Shown piece by piece: positions 1 through 10,306 of a stretch of DNA of 64,000 nt (within the stretch, counting starts at the first letter, position 1; each line of letters begins with the position of its first letter). Location of the stretch: contig BROI01000013.1 in NCBI GenBank assembly GCA_027923505.1, forward strand, positions 248,001 to 312,000. Direction: 5' to 3'. Source of the stretch: Mayamaea pseudoterrestris. Taxonomy: Eukaryota. The position numbers and the translations under genes are program-made. The notes below the pieces were generated by a model. It was not told where the DNA came from. It saw only the letters and a list, made by a program, of their open reading frames with translations, and did no database searches.

Positions 1-450
1 GATGCGTGTCTCATGCATTGCATGGTGACAGGCAAGTCATTGGAAGGAGTTTTGTCATTTGTCAACCAGACGCCTGTCGACTGGCATTGCAAACTCCAGG
101 CTACAGTCGAGACTGCGACCTTCGGATCGAATTCGGCGTAGCAAAGAGTGGAAACGGATATCAGCATTTCTCCGTGCGTCGCTCATGGCTATGGGCGTAC
201 CATTGGAAGTCTGCCTGGATGTACGACAACCAAGCAGTGATTACGCAATCTACAATCCCGAGTTCGACATTGTCCAAGCGACACAATGCGTTGGCCTACC
301 ATCGTGTTCGTTGGGCAGTTGCTGCGATATCAAGTTTGTGAAGTTGAGGAAAGGAGAACATTGCGGACGTACTTACGAAGTACCTGCCGTCGATGCCATT
401 GCTCAAGCCAGTATTGTTTTGGCGCGCGAACATCGTATGCGATTGTGAAG
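1..450 (+). mobile_element. Decayed Ty1/copia (CoDi-like) pol C-terminus, RNase H region, frameshifted
   Basis: Across shifting frames it reads W-H-C-K-L-Q-A-T-V-E-T-A-T-F-G-S / E-F, DNQAVITQSTIPSSTLSKRHNALAYHRVR and NIADVLTK. These are copia RNase H motifs, broken by several indels. Confidence 0.85.
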
Positions 451-483
451 GACAAGAATGCGGCTACGACGAGCAGCGTACCC

Positions 484-802
484 GAGGGGAGTGACAAGTC
501 GCAGAGCGGCGAAGTCAAGAGCCCGAACCCTAATTAGCTTGTGTCGAGTCCGCAGCTGTCGTATGTGACATGTGACTGAAGAAAGTGCGCAACCGTCGTG
601 TGGATGCGTTGTATGAATGGAACGACCAGTTACGACTGATGTAATGTGATTGAAAGAAACGGATTGATCGGATGATCTTCCGAGTGGTCGATGTAGAGAT
701 GTAGCGATAAGCTCACAATATAGAACTACTAGTTTGCGACGAGAGTGCAGTCGTATTCGTGTAGTGGCGAGCGCAAGACTATTCGACGAGCCATCTCCAT
801 CA
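484..802 (+). mobile_element. Polypurine tract and probable 3' LTR of the first copia element
   Basis: GAGGGGAG (484-491) is followed immediately by TGAC at 492. The end at TCA (802) is inferred only from TGA...TCA symmetry. Confidence 0.5.
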
Positions 803-885
803 AGAGCTGTACAGACCATGGCCAAGGACCCTGTATCGGAGCTTTTTGGAGGTAAGACGTTGACTGCGAAATCGTCAACGGTGTT

Positions 886-1455
886 AATCTTAATGGTACA
901 CGAGACAAAGGCATGATTATTCACCCTTCGGATGATCTGCAGCTTGATTTATATGCGGATGCTGATTTCGCTGGATTATGGAATGTGGAAGACATTGAAG
1001 ACCCCATTTGCGTCAAGAGTCGGACGGGGTATGTGGTTACGCTTGGAGGCGCTCCAATACTCTGGGCTTCAAAATTACAGTCAGAGATTTCGTTGAGTAC
1101 AACGGAAGCCGAGTATATAGCCTTGTCTCAGGGAATGCGCGAGTTGTTACCGATTCGCCGAATTGTCAAGTTGGTGGCTGATTCGTTTGGCATCGATAGG
1201 AACGAAGTTTCGAAAGTCTGTAAGGTTTGGGAAGACAATAATGCGGCGCTCTTATTAGCGAATTCTCCGTACCCGAACATGCGACCACGAACAAAGCACA
1301 TTGCAATTAAATATCATTGGTTTCGCGAGCATCTTGTTGCTGGTGAGATCGAGGCTGAGAAGATTGATACGACAGTACAGAAGGCAGATATCTTTACCAA
1401 GGCCCTTGGATTTGTGGAGTTCGAGCGCAAGCGCGAGTTGTTGGTTGGTTGGTAG
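886..1455 (+). mobile_element. Ty1/copia RT end plus intact RNase H (second element, 5'-truncated)
   Basis: LNGTRDKG-MII...LYADADFAG...SRTGYV...WASKLQSEISLSTTEAEYIALS...EDNNAA...RTKHIAIKYHWFRE...QKADIFTK. No integrase or RT core is present upstream. Confidence 0.93.
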
Positions 1456-1499
1456 TTTAGTGTTTTGTTCACGGTGGCAAGCTGCAGTTTCCTTTGCTT

Positions 1500-1720
1500 G
1501 AGAGGGAGAGTGAAACAAGATTGAAAAGTCGGCGAGAAAATGTTGGGTACCAGCGGGCTACGTGAACGGACTACGGACAGACGATGACTTCGGCGCGCCT
1601 CTCGTTTGAGGTGCGGCTGCTTTCGAGGCTCAGTTGCTGGATGCATGGACTCTGATAGTCTGTCGTTCTTTAACAGTATAAAGCATTAGTAGTTGCAATT
1701 GTATTTTGTGATTACATTCA
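1500..1720 (+). mobile_element. Polypurine tract and probable 3' LTR of the second copia element
   Basis: GAGAGGGAGAG (1500-1510) lies 45 bp after the pol stop and is followed by TGAA at 1511. The TTCA end at 1720 is tentative. Confidence 0.55.
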
Positions 1721-2901
1721 CTATTGGTAGGAAGTTGCCGAAAAGACAAAGGCCATTTTGTTGCTGCCGTAAGTGACATGGCTGCTGCGACTGTCTTCCA
1801 CAATATCAGAGGCCGCAATATGCTCAAATGTCAGCGCGGGTGACGAGAGGTTGGAGAAGAGTTCCCCACCTGCAGTCTCCAAAACGCTGGGATGAGAAAT
1901 AGTCATGGTGGATTGTTCGATCGCTCGGCAATGAGGACGCTTAAGTGTGAAGTCTACTAGTAGTGTGAAATGGAAATACGCCGGTCGTGTGAAAACCGCA
2001 CAAAGATTCCAGTACTCCGCTGCGACCACCATGGAAGATACTCCGTTGATGCGGCTGCATGACAGGGAGACAAAATGAGCGCCAGAGAGTACGTCATCAG
2101 AACATTCCGTGACACCATCGCATGAAAGTGCACCATCCACTGACGCAAATTCTGAATGCATTGCTCTTCTCCACGCGGCCCCTCAGCATCCAGGGACGCT
2201 GCTGCGTACACTCGTTGACGTCGTTATTCTGCATGTTTGTGTCAGCAAGGGGCCATGGCGAGTGCGTTCTGCAAGCAAATTCCCAAGGTGTGTCCTAAAT
2301 CTTTCGTCGTGAAATTTTGCCGCATCAACCACCTTGTTTTGTACTGCTCAAAGCAGTTCTCCATTGGCATGTTTTAGTCTTGATATGCTCTCTGCTAGGA
2401 TGCGAGTATTATGTAATACAGTTTTGACTGCTTTGTCGTTAGCACCACAATGCCCAGCTCACACTCCACGTGCAAACCAGCTGACAACATGTGAAAGTAT
2501 CCACCATCTGCCGCGATCAACTAGCATCCATAATAATCTGTACCTCCCGGTATTGCCGTGTTTGTCGAGTAGTAGTTGTCGCTACCATACTGCATCAGCA
2601 TAGGTCGTGCACACTTTCGTTGAAAGAACCGCGTGAATGGATCTTCGCCAGGCACCGCGCAAGGCAATTGTTGTCGTACCGGGAATGACGAAACGCGTCC
2701 ATCCGATGCTTGCCATGATGAAAGAGCCGTCCAGCGAGCAGCTTGCAAGTGGCGACAATCCACAGCAGAGCCAAAAGATAACGTATAGAGTAGTATCCTA
2801 CCATAGAATAAGAAAACAATATTCGTATCTTGTCCTTCTAGTTGTTTGCCCATTTGATCAACCGCCGCGGCCGCCGCCGCAGCATTAGCAGCAGCAGCAG
2901 C

Positions 2902-5184
2902 ATGCCAAACTTTGGAACGAAAAAGCAAAAGCAACGAACGAAGAAATCAGTTAAAACGACGTCTGCCCAAGCATCATCTTCAAAAGATCCATTCATGACA
3001 TGGGTTGATCGTCTAAGATTCGTTCCAGTTGCGAAAGAAGCCTTAGATCAAGAAGAAGCTGCAGCCGCAACAAACGATGACGAAACAATGAATGCTGCAA
3101 TGAATCAAGCCAACGAAGGGAACACAGTTTCCGTCAATGCCAACGACGAAACGACATCAAGACGTGATTCACTGTCCGTCGTTAGCTGGAACATGCTGGC
3201 CGAATCCTACTGCACGCCAAAGAGTCAGTCCAACCTTCCGCGCGAATATCGCAGCCAAGTCTTTGATCCAACGAGGCGACGCAAGCTCTTGTTCAAAACG
3301 TTGAACAAGTTTGTCATACGAAACAATGATGAATCAAAGACTTGCGACAGCAATTCTGACATGGACGATCCTGTAAATGCAGCAGCAGCTCACGTCATTT
3401 GTTTGCAGGAGGTGGACTTGTTCGACGTTAAGCAATACTTGGAGCGACACGGTTACATTGGTATTGAAACGCCTCGCACCAAGGGAGGCGGCGCGGGTGG
3501 ACGAGCCGATGCATGCACCTGCTTTGTTTATCAAAAGGAGTGGGAGATTGTCACGCATGAGCTGGTTCGATTGGATGACTTGGCGACGCTGGGAGTGCGG
3601 AATACTGCGACGAGAATGAATGATCGTGCAATAAATGGTTCATCACCGTCAGCAAGGAATGAAAGTAACGGCCAAAGCAACAATAACAGCAGCAACAACA
3701 ACCATAACAACAATCAACTGGAGGGACTGCAGCAAACCTTGTTGCGTCGCAACGTGGCCTTGCTCGTCCGCATACGCTCCATGCGAAACCCATGTCAAAC
3801 GTGTGTGATTGCCACGGCACACTTGTATTGGCATCCCGGCTACGAATACGTTAAATTGTGTCAGGCGCACTACGTGTTGATGCGAGCGAAAGCGTTTATG
3901 ACTGCAAATGACGAGCCGTTTATATTTTGTGGCGATTTGAATTCGCGGCCGCATGGAGCTGCTCACTCGTACTTGACCAAGGGAGTCATCAACGCCAAGC
4001 TGGTGGCGCCCTGGTACCATCAAGTACCCGTTGGAGAGGCGGCGCTGAGTCATGCTTGTGACGGAAGTTCGTACAACGAAAGTAATGCCGACGATGAAGA
4101 CGGAGGAGGCAGTGACTCGTCCAAGCAGCAGCAACACAATGTTGACGCACTGACCGAACGCATGGCGCGAGAATTATCCATTTACGACGACGACAGCCCA
4201 GACAACTCGCAACGAATGCAAGCTACCGTTAGATACTGCCTCGACAATACGCTCAACAAACTATGTCGCTGGCTCCGCATACTTGGACAGGATGCCGCGC
4301 TGGAGACGGATGTCGAGGAACGTTTGCGAACGCAACAAGCCGTCTACAGCATTTTCGATCGATGCAGAGAGGAGCGACGGACGCTGGTGACAACCTCGCG
4401 TCGCATGCTGTCGCGCCGTGACTGTCCACCGGGTGCGTACTGTCTCAGTCCAAAGCTGTTGAACAATTTGGAAGTGGCACTGGTGCATTTGCTGCTGACG
4501 CATGGAGTAATGCTTGAGCCAACCAAGTTCTTGTCGCGCTGCGTTGTTTGCAACGGATCCATTGTCGAGGTTCACGACGCGAGTGAAAAGAAGCGAATAC
4601 TGGATTCATATGATGCGCCGTCCAATCTGGTGGATGACCACATGGAGGTGTACGAATGCGACGGTTGTCGGCAAGGCTACTGGTGGTGTGATCAACCGAC
4701 CAGTTCGGCATCAAGAGTTAAGAATGCCGCGTCGAACATGTTTCAGCTTTGTCTTCGCGCCGGAGTACCATGCGCGGATGAATTGGGCATGTTTGACTTT
4801 GTGAACGTAAAAGCGGAGCGAGATCAAGGTTGGGATGCGAGTCGACCGGCTAGTGAAGTCCTCGAGCAACAGCTAATGGTTGTAGACTGGCTAAAAGATG
4901 AACGATTGGCATGCCCCATCCAATTAACTAGTGCCTATTCACAGCACGACAAGAGCAGTAAAAATGGTTTGACGGAGAGCATACCCTTTACAAATGTGAC
5001 AGACACCTTTGTTAACGTCCTTGACTATATTTTCTATAACGCGTCACTCACAGTGGTCGAGAAGCTTTCGATTCCAACAAGCTTTGCCGAACTCAACTCG
5101 AATAGTATTCCACAAGGACATTTACTTCCATCGGATATCTGGCCTAGTGATCATCTTGCAATCGGAGCCAGATTCATTTTGTAG
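2902..5184 (+). CDS. EEP-family (CCR4/Angel/nocturnin-like) nuclease/phosphatase with an inserted Mut7-C RNase and zinc-ribbon domain
   Basis: EEP motifs SWNMLA, CLQEVD, ATAHLYWHP, CGDLNSRP, LDYIFY and PSDHL. Between GDLN and LDYI lies YCLDNTLNKLCRWLRILGQD...FLSRCVVCNG...YECDGCRQGYW. First ATG at 2902; no intron needed. Confidence 0.88.
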   Translation: MPNFGTKKQKQRTKKSVKTTSAQASSSKDPFMTWVDRLRFVPVAKEALDQEEAAAATNDDETMNAAMNQANEGNTVSVNANDETTSRRDSLSVVSWNMLAESYCTPKSQSNLPREYRSQVFDPTRRRKLLFKTLNKFVIRNNDESKTCDSNSDMDDPVNAAAAHVICLQEVDLFDVKQYLERHGYIGIETPRTKGGGAGGRADACTCFVYQKEWEIVTHELVRLDDLATLGVRNTATRMNDRAINGSSPSARNESNGQSNNNSSNNNHNNNQLEGLQQTLLRRNVALLVRIRSMRNPCQTCVIATAHLYWHPGYEYVKLCQAHYVLMRAKAFMTANDEPFIFCGDLNSRPHGAAHSYLTKGVINAKLVAPWYHQVPVGEAALSHACDGSSYNESNADDEDGGGSDSSKQQQHNVDALTERMARELSIYDDDSPDNSQRMQATVRYCLDNTLNKLCRWLRILGQDAALETDVEERLRTQQAVYSIFDRCREERRTLVTTSRRMLSRRDCPPGAYCLSPKLLNNLEVALVHLLLTHGVMLEPTKFLSRCVVCNGSIVEVHDASEKKRILDSYDAPSNLVDDHMEVYECDGCRQGYWWCDQPTSSASRVKNAASNMFQLCLRAGVPCADELGMFDFVNVKAERDQGWDASRPASEVLEQQLMVVDWLKDERLACPIQLTSAYSQHDKSSKNGLTESIPFTNVTDTFVNVLDYIFYNASLTVVEKLSIPTSFAELNSNSIPQGHLLPSDIWPSDHLAIGARFIL

Positions 5185-5231
5185 ATTGAGAAGTGGTTGA
5201 AATTTTCATGTGACTTACGTAAAACACTGAA

Positions 5232-7617
5232 CTATGATGTAGCCATCGCGTTCCACTGAGCTGCATAAAGCGAATATTGGGGTCCACGAGCAAGTAGTTG
5301 GTTGTGCGTTCCAGATTCCATTGCAGCGCCATCCTTTAACACAACAATTCGATCGACGAACCGTCCTGTAGCCCATCGATTGGAGGCAATGACAATCGCA
5401 GCACCAGTTCGACGCAACTCTTGAAGCAAACGAGCTTCGTCAACCTCCGAAAAATGAGCTGTGGCGTCGTCGAGGAGCAGAATAGATCCAATCAGGCATT
5501 TATCTATGCTGTCGCCGCTGCTGGCAGAGTTATCATTGTCATATATCGCTTGTGCAAGTACTCTTGCCAGCAGTAGCTTCGACCACTCGACTGGCGAAAG
5601 CAGCACCGACCGTGGACGCAGTGAAGATGGTCGTAGATCCTCTTCAACCGCAGTAATAATCGTTGATAGTTTTGATGGAAGTCGGGGTATCAAGGATGCG
5701 TACAAGCCCGTGATTTTGAGTCCAAGTATCATCGCGTTGCGAGCTGCTTCAGGACTCCTTTTTAAACTGGTAGGTTCCAATATTTCTTCTATGGACATTC
5801 CGCTGAAAGCTTTTGATACAGCAGACAAGGTTTGAACATCGTTCAATAGCAAGCCTAACCGCCGGCGAAGTAGACGCTTGTCCCATTTACTTGTCTCTAC
5901 GCCACACACAATTGTCGTTCCTCTGACCCGAGTTGCTGATAACGCTTCGCGCGGTGGATCAACCATCGCTTCAGCCAATGTTGTCAGCAGCCGAGTCTTT
6001 CCGGAGCCTCCTTCGCCAAACAACACAACAATCTCGGAATTTTGAACGTCTAAGCTAACACCTCGTACAGCCCAAGCTCTTCTGGTTGTATGCGCGGCCC
6101 AAAGATCTTTTACGGTCAAACCTGCCAATGGGTTAATTGCTGCCTGCAGCTCTAAAGTACGCTGCGATTCCTTTTCGTGGTTTCTAGATTGAACTGCATT
6201 CCTAATTTTTGCAATGAATGTGGCGATATAGGCTTCGGCTTCTTTGGCGACGACTGCTGATGACAAGGCTTGTCAGCAGTTGATGAGTGTACAGCAGAAT
6301 AATTGAAACGTCAAGTAACGAGTCCCAGCGAATTCGTGTGGCGTCGGTGGACCCCAACGGAGCAATCCCTCCAAATGCAAATGCAATGACAGGCGCAAAA
6401 AGGAGCAATCCAGAAAGAATATTGTAGACAACAATTCGAATGAAGGAAGCACTGGATAGAGCATGAGCAAACTCGTGGTCTTGGGGTAGCATCAATCGCC
6501 ACCGCTCGAGACCTGATTCAATCGCAGACATTTCGCTGAGTGCACAAAGGCGCGTACCGCTGGAGCTACCAAGATCCTCCAAGCTTTCAGTGAGCCTGGA
6601 ATGCATATGAGCCGCCTCAACTTCTTCATTGTCGCTACTTGACGCGGGGAGAAATTTCTGCGTTTTCTCAATTCTCGGCGGCACGTACGGCCGCTACTCA
6701 TTACTCAAGCACCGCAAACTTGTAGCAACAATCACAGGATCATCCATCATCCGCTTGACCGATTGCATTAGCATTGAAAACTTGTTTCTTGTACAAGGTA
6801 TCTCTGGCGTTCACAAAAAGGTATGCTACACTGGCCGCAAGTGAAGCTCTTCAATACTCAGAATCGAAGTGATGAATAACGACCTTGGCGAGCGACTGAC
6901 GAATGGCGACGGTCATGGCAACCAGTGTTGCGAGGAAGCGAAAGCACAAAGGAACGAGACGCGAGACAAGAACTTTTCATTACTTGTAACGTAACCTGCT
7001 GCATATTTGTCGTCATTTGCTGATCAACTGGCGTGCCCATGTACAACCGCAGAAAGAGCGATCCGGTGTGCCTCATTCACAATGGATGTGGAAACGTCGT
7101 CACACAGAAGATTGACATAGCCTGCTTGAATAGCTCGCTCGTTTTGCTTGCGAGGAAAATAACCTTAAGTGCAAAAGGCAACCAGCCATTCATAGATGCA
7201 ACGATCATGTTAAACAAGGCAGGCTGGCTTCGAAAACAAGCTCGCTCCATGAAAAGGCAGGGCAAAATTTCCCGGCCGTGTCTCTCGCACAACAACCATT
7301 ATTCCACATGGGACCAGCAAGTCAAGAGCCGCCAGCATCCACCCAATCGTCCCACCTCTTCAGCTTATCATCCTTGGACAGAAGAGTAGTGCTTTTCCCA
7401 TTCCCACAGCAGCTGCATCAAATCCTTGAGAAGTTGTGGCATCGCGGCAATGCTTCGTCTTTGTCAGACTTTGAGGTTTGACAACAATGGATAATGAGTT
7501 GATTTTTGGTCTACTACCGCTCGCCCAACCAAACATTTTTGACATGAAACCTTTCAGTTGATCGTCATCTACCGCATTCAAAGGTCCAAGCTGTCGTCGA
7601 TGGGTGTTTCTTGTCAT
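5232..7617 (-). pseudogene. ABC transporter-like gene: intact degenerate NBD (5232-~6250), N-terminal/TM region broken by frameshifts
   Basis: Walker A GEGGSGKT, ILLLDDAT and C-terminal IVVLKDG..ESGTHNQLL are present. Hydrophobic segments are scattered over several frames between 6270 and 7617. This could be real decay or sequencing indels. Confidence 0.6.
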
Positions 7618-7701
7618 ACTCGATGCAGCAATTCTCTTCTAAGCGCGTACAACTGCGGAAATTGTCTTCCGAGTCGTGTTGCCCCATGTGTTTCTTGATG
7701 A

Positions 7702-8874
7702 TCATCTGTCAAAACCTGCTAGTGATGCGCTGAATCCCGTGTGCTCGGAGAAAAAGCGTCGCGTAGCATGTCGTATCGTTGTAAACCTGTCAGAGCTTCT
7801 GCGTCCATTTCGAGCAGACCAGATGACTTTCTTGTAGAACAGTGCGAGAAATTCGATCGTCGGCCGTGACCACTTCTCGGTCAGCCGCATTTCCCTGCAG
7901 TTCCGTTCGCGCGTTCCTTCTCGATGTGAGCAGTAGCGCCTTCCTTCGTATCGCGTTCGCAATCGTTGGTAGACTTCGCGTCAGTCCATCGTCTTCTTGA
8001 ACTGCTGTACTGCGAGTGATGCAGACGGAGTTCGACAGTGCGTGAGAAAGGTCCTGTATACAAACACATTCTTCTTTGCATACGCCTTGTGTTCTTTCGG
8101 TCCCTTCCTTCCTTCGGGTCATAATCGTCGTCAAAAGACTTCGTGGAAGTCATGCAATGTAGCGATGACTTTCAACTCGGAAATCCACTGTTTCCACGAG
8201 GAATCCAGCTTCATTTCTTTACAATCCCTCGCCGAGAACTTGATAGACTTCGTAAATTGGTCTGAATACTTCTCGTCGTCTTCGTCGTCGCCGAGGTCCA
8301 GTACGGATGTCGTTGGCTGCTTCGTCACGTCCACACTCGTCGGTGGCACCTTGTCGGCCGAGTCAGGCTTCGACTCGTTGCCTTCGTTCGTTAGCGTGGA
8401 GTCCTTGGATTCGTCCTTCTTGGATTCCGTTTCGCTTTCCTTCGCTGGAGTTTCGCTCCGCTTCCGCTGCCCACGCTCGCAATGTTGCGCTGCTTGGACT
8501 CGTTCCTTCGCTCGTGCTGTGACGAACGTCGCCAGCGTTTCCGGTGGTCAGTTGCGACCATGTCTTGATGTCCGGCGACTCTGCGCCAAATACCATTCGA
8601 TCGCGTTCGTGATCGTGCGTTGTTTCATCTTCGTTAGCGAGTGTTCGCTCGTTTCCTGCGTGACATTGTCGCCATCGTCAGTCGTCGTCGTTGTCGTCGT
8701 CGTGACGTTCCACTTCGTCGCGAAATCGTCGTACTCCATCTCGATCAGTTGCGTAAGCGATTCTACTCCGAGTTCGTCGAATAACTCCTTGAACTGAGGA
8801 TCTTGGAAAACGCCTACGTTCTCTTCGTAAACATGCGCAAACGCCGCGTCTTTCTGCGCGCGAGTTTCCGCCAT
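7702..8874 (-). mobile_element. Frameshifted gag-like ORF of an LTR retrotransposon (CoDi-like), 3'-truncated
   Basis: ATG at 8874 (MAETRAQKD...). Segment FTKSIKFSARDCKEMKLDSSWKQWISELKVIATLHDFHEVF-DDDYDP resembles diatom copia Gag from memory. It lies just downstream of an LTR-like sequence. Confidence 0.6.
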
Positions 8875-9015
8875 CGTTGTCGTCGTGACAATGTTCTTGC
8901 TATCACCTGCGGAACTTTCCGGGCCAAGAACCAACGTGCGTCCACGTTACTTCGTAAATCAATAGTACTCTTCGTCGATAAAGTCTCTATGCCGAGGCAA
9001 TGAGTCTCAAGACAG

Positions 9016-9339
9016 TGTTAATCTTGTAACTTGTAAATCAAATCGTTGCACCTTTCGCTTGTAGCTGTCCTTGGATGGCCAATCCAAGCTTGCAGTTGCT
9101 ACAATACGAGAGACGAATAAATCGCTTTCTTAACTCTTCAAGCTTAGTAAGTCTGCTTGTTTCTACTCTATATCGCACTAGTTTCAGCAATATACTTGTT
9201 GAATCGCTTCGAAGCCGTCGCTGCCACGCATCACGCGATCGTGAGGCTGTGGTGAGCCGCGAGTGCCGCTGTGTCACCCTATCGGACATTCGGTGTGACT
9301 TGCCCGATTTTCGCTGTTTTCGTTCGCATCCTGCAAACA
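9016..9339 (-). mobile_element. Probable 5' LTR (~324 bp)
   Basis: On the minus strand it starts TGTT(TGC) at 9339 and ends (TT)AACA at 9016. It is CpG-rich, abuts satellite sequence abruptly, and lies about 140 bp upstream of the gag-like ATG. Confidence 0.55.
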
Positions 9340-9598
9340 TTGCAGTATACTGAGACACCAGCTAGGCATACCATCTTGTAGCGCAGACTTATAATGATGT
9401 TGGCACCATTCTGGTCTGATTTGGGTGTATACCTGGCATGTTTTATGGGAAATTGAATGTCCAGGCATCTGTGGGCTGAGACTGGTGAGAACTTCTCACC
9501 AGTCACATTGGCAGTCTACTAAGGCACCCACCTGAAACACCATCTTGTAGCGCAGATGGCATAATGATGTGGCACTATTCTGGTGTGACTTTGGGTGT
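9340..9598 (-). repeat. About 1.5 diverged, inverted copies of the 169-bp satellite A
   Basis: CTGAGACACCAGC..ACCATCTTGTAGCGCAG..ATAATGATGTTGGCACCATTCTGG is the reverse complement of the A monomer. Confidence 0.9.
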
Positions 9599-10306
9599 AT
9601 GGAATGGACTTCATGCACCACGCTCTGGCCATGCTCTGGCCAATGCTCCAGGGAATGTGTTGAAGAAACTGCACCAGCTGACTGCCAAACACCAACCAGG
9701 CACCAACCACTTGCTGAAGGAGGCTCTGTGCATCAATGATCCATCAAACAGGCCAATGCTGTCCAGCCATGGTAGTGGAAGGGCGCCATGGCACGATATA
9801 GTCTATACTTCATTGTTTTATGAACCATAAAATGATGGGCCTAGCCATTGTTCCTGCTATATGCCACTTGCTCTGGCACCCACAAGCACATGGAATGATC
9901 CATTTTTGCGCATAAACCCAAAACATGTATGTTAGTGACTGTTCTACATCCCATGGAATGGATATCATGCACCAGGGTCTCTCCAAGCTCTGGCCAATGC
10001 TCCAGAGACTGTGTGGAAATGACACACCAAGTGACCATCAAAAACCAACCAGGCTCCAACCTTTTGCTGAAGAAGGCTCAGTGCATTAATGATCAGTCAA
10101 ACAGGCCATTGCTGTCCTGTCATGGTAGTGGAAGGGCGCCATGACTCATTATAGTTTCCATTTCCATTGTATTATGAAACATAAAATGATGGCCCAAGCC
10201 ATTGCTCCTGCTATATGCCACTTGCTCTGGCACCCACAAGCACATTGAATAATCTATTCTTGCGCACAAACAAAATAAATCATGTTATGTCTGTTCTACA
10301 TCCCAT
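9599..10306. repeat. Tandem repeat C, 354-bp unit, 2 diverged copies
   Basis: ATGGAATGGA..TCATGCACCA starts at 9599 and 9953. CATGGTAGTGGAAGGGCGCCATG and GCTATATGCCACTTGCTCTGGCACCCACAAGCACAT recur in both copies. Confidence 0.9.

Noticed and set aside
1721..2840. Short ORFs between the copia LTR and the EEP gene
   Set aside because: No recognisable domain or consistent splice pattern was found; left unannotated.
7997..8797. 266-aa plus-strand ORF
   Set aside because: It is a Ser/Val-rich antisense shadow of the gag-like sequence.
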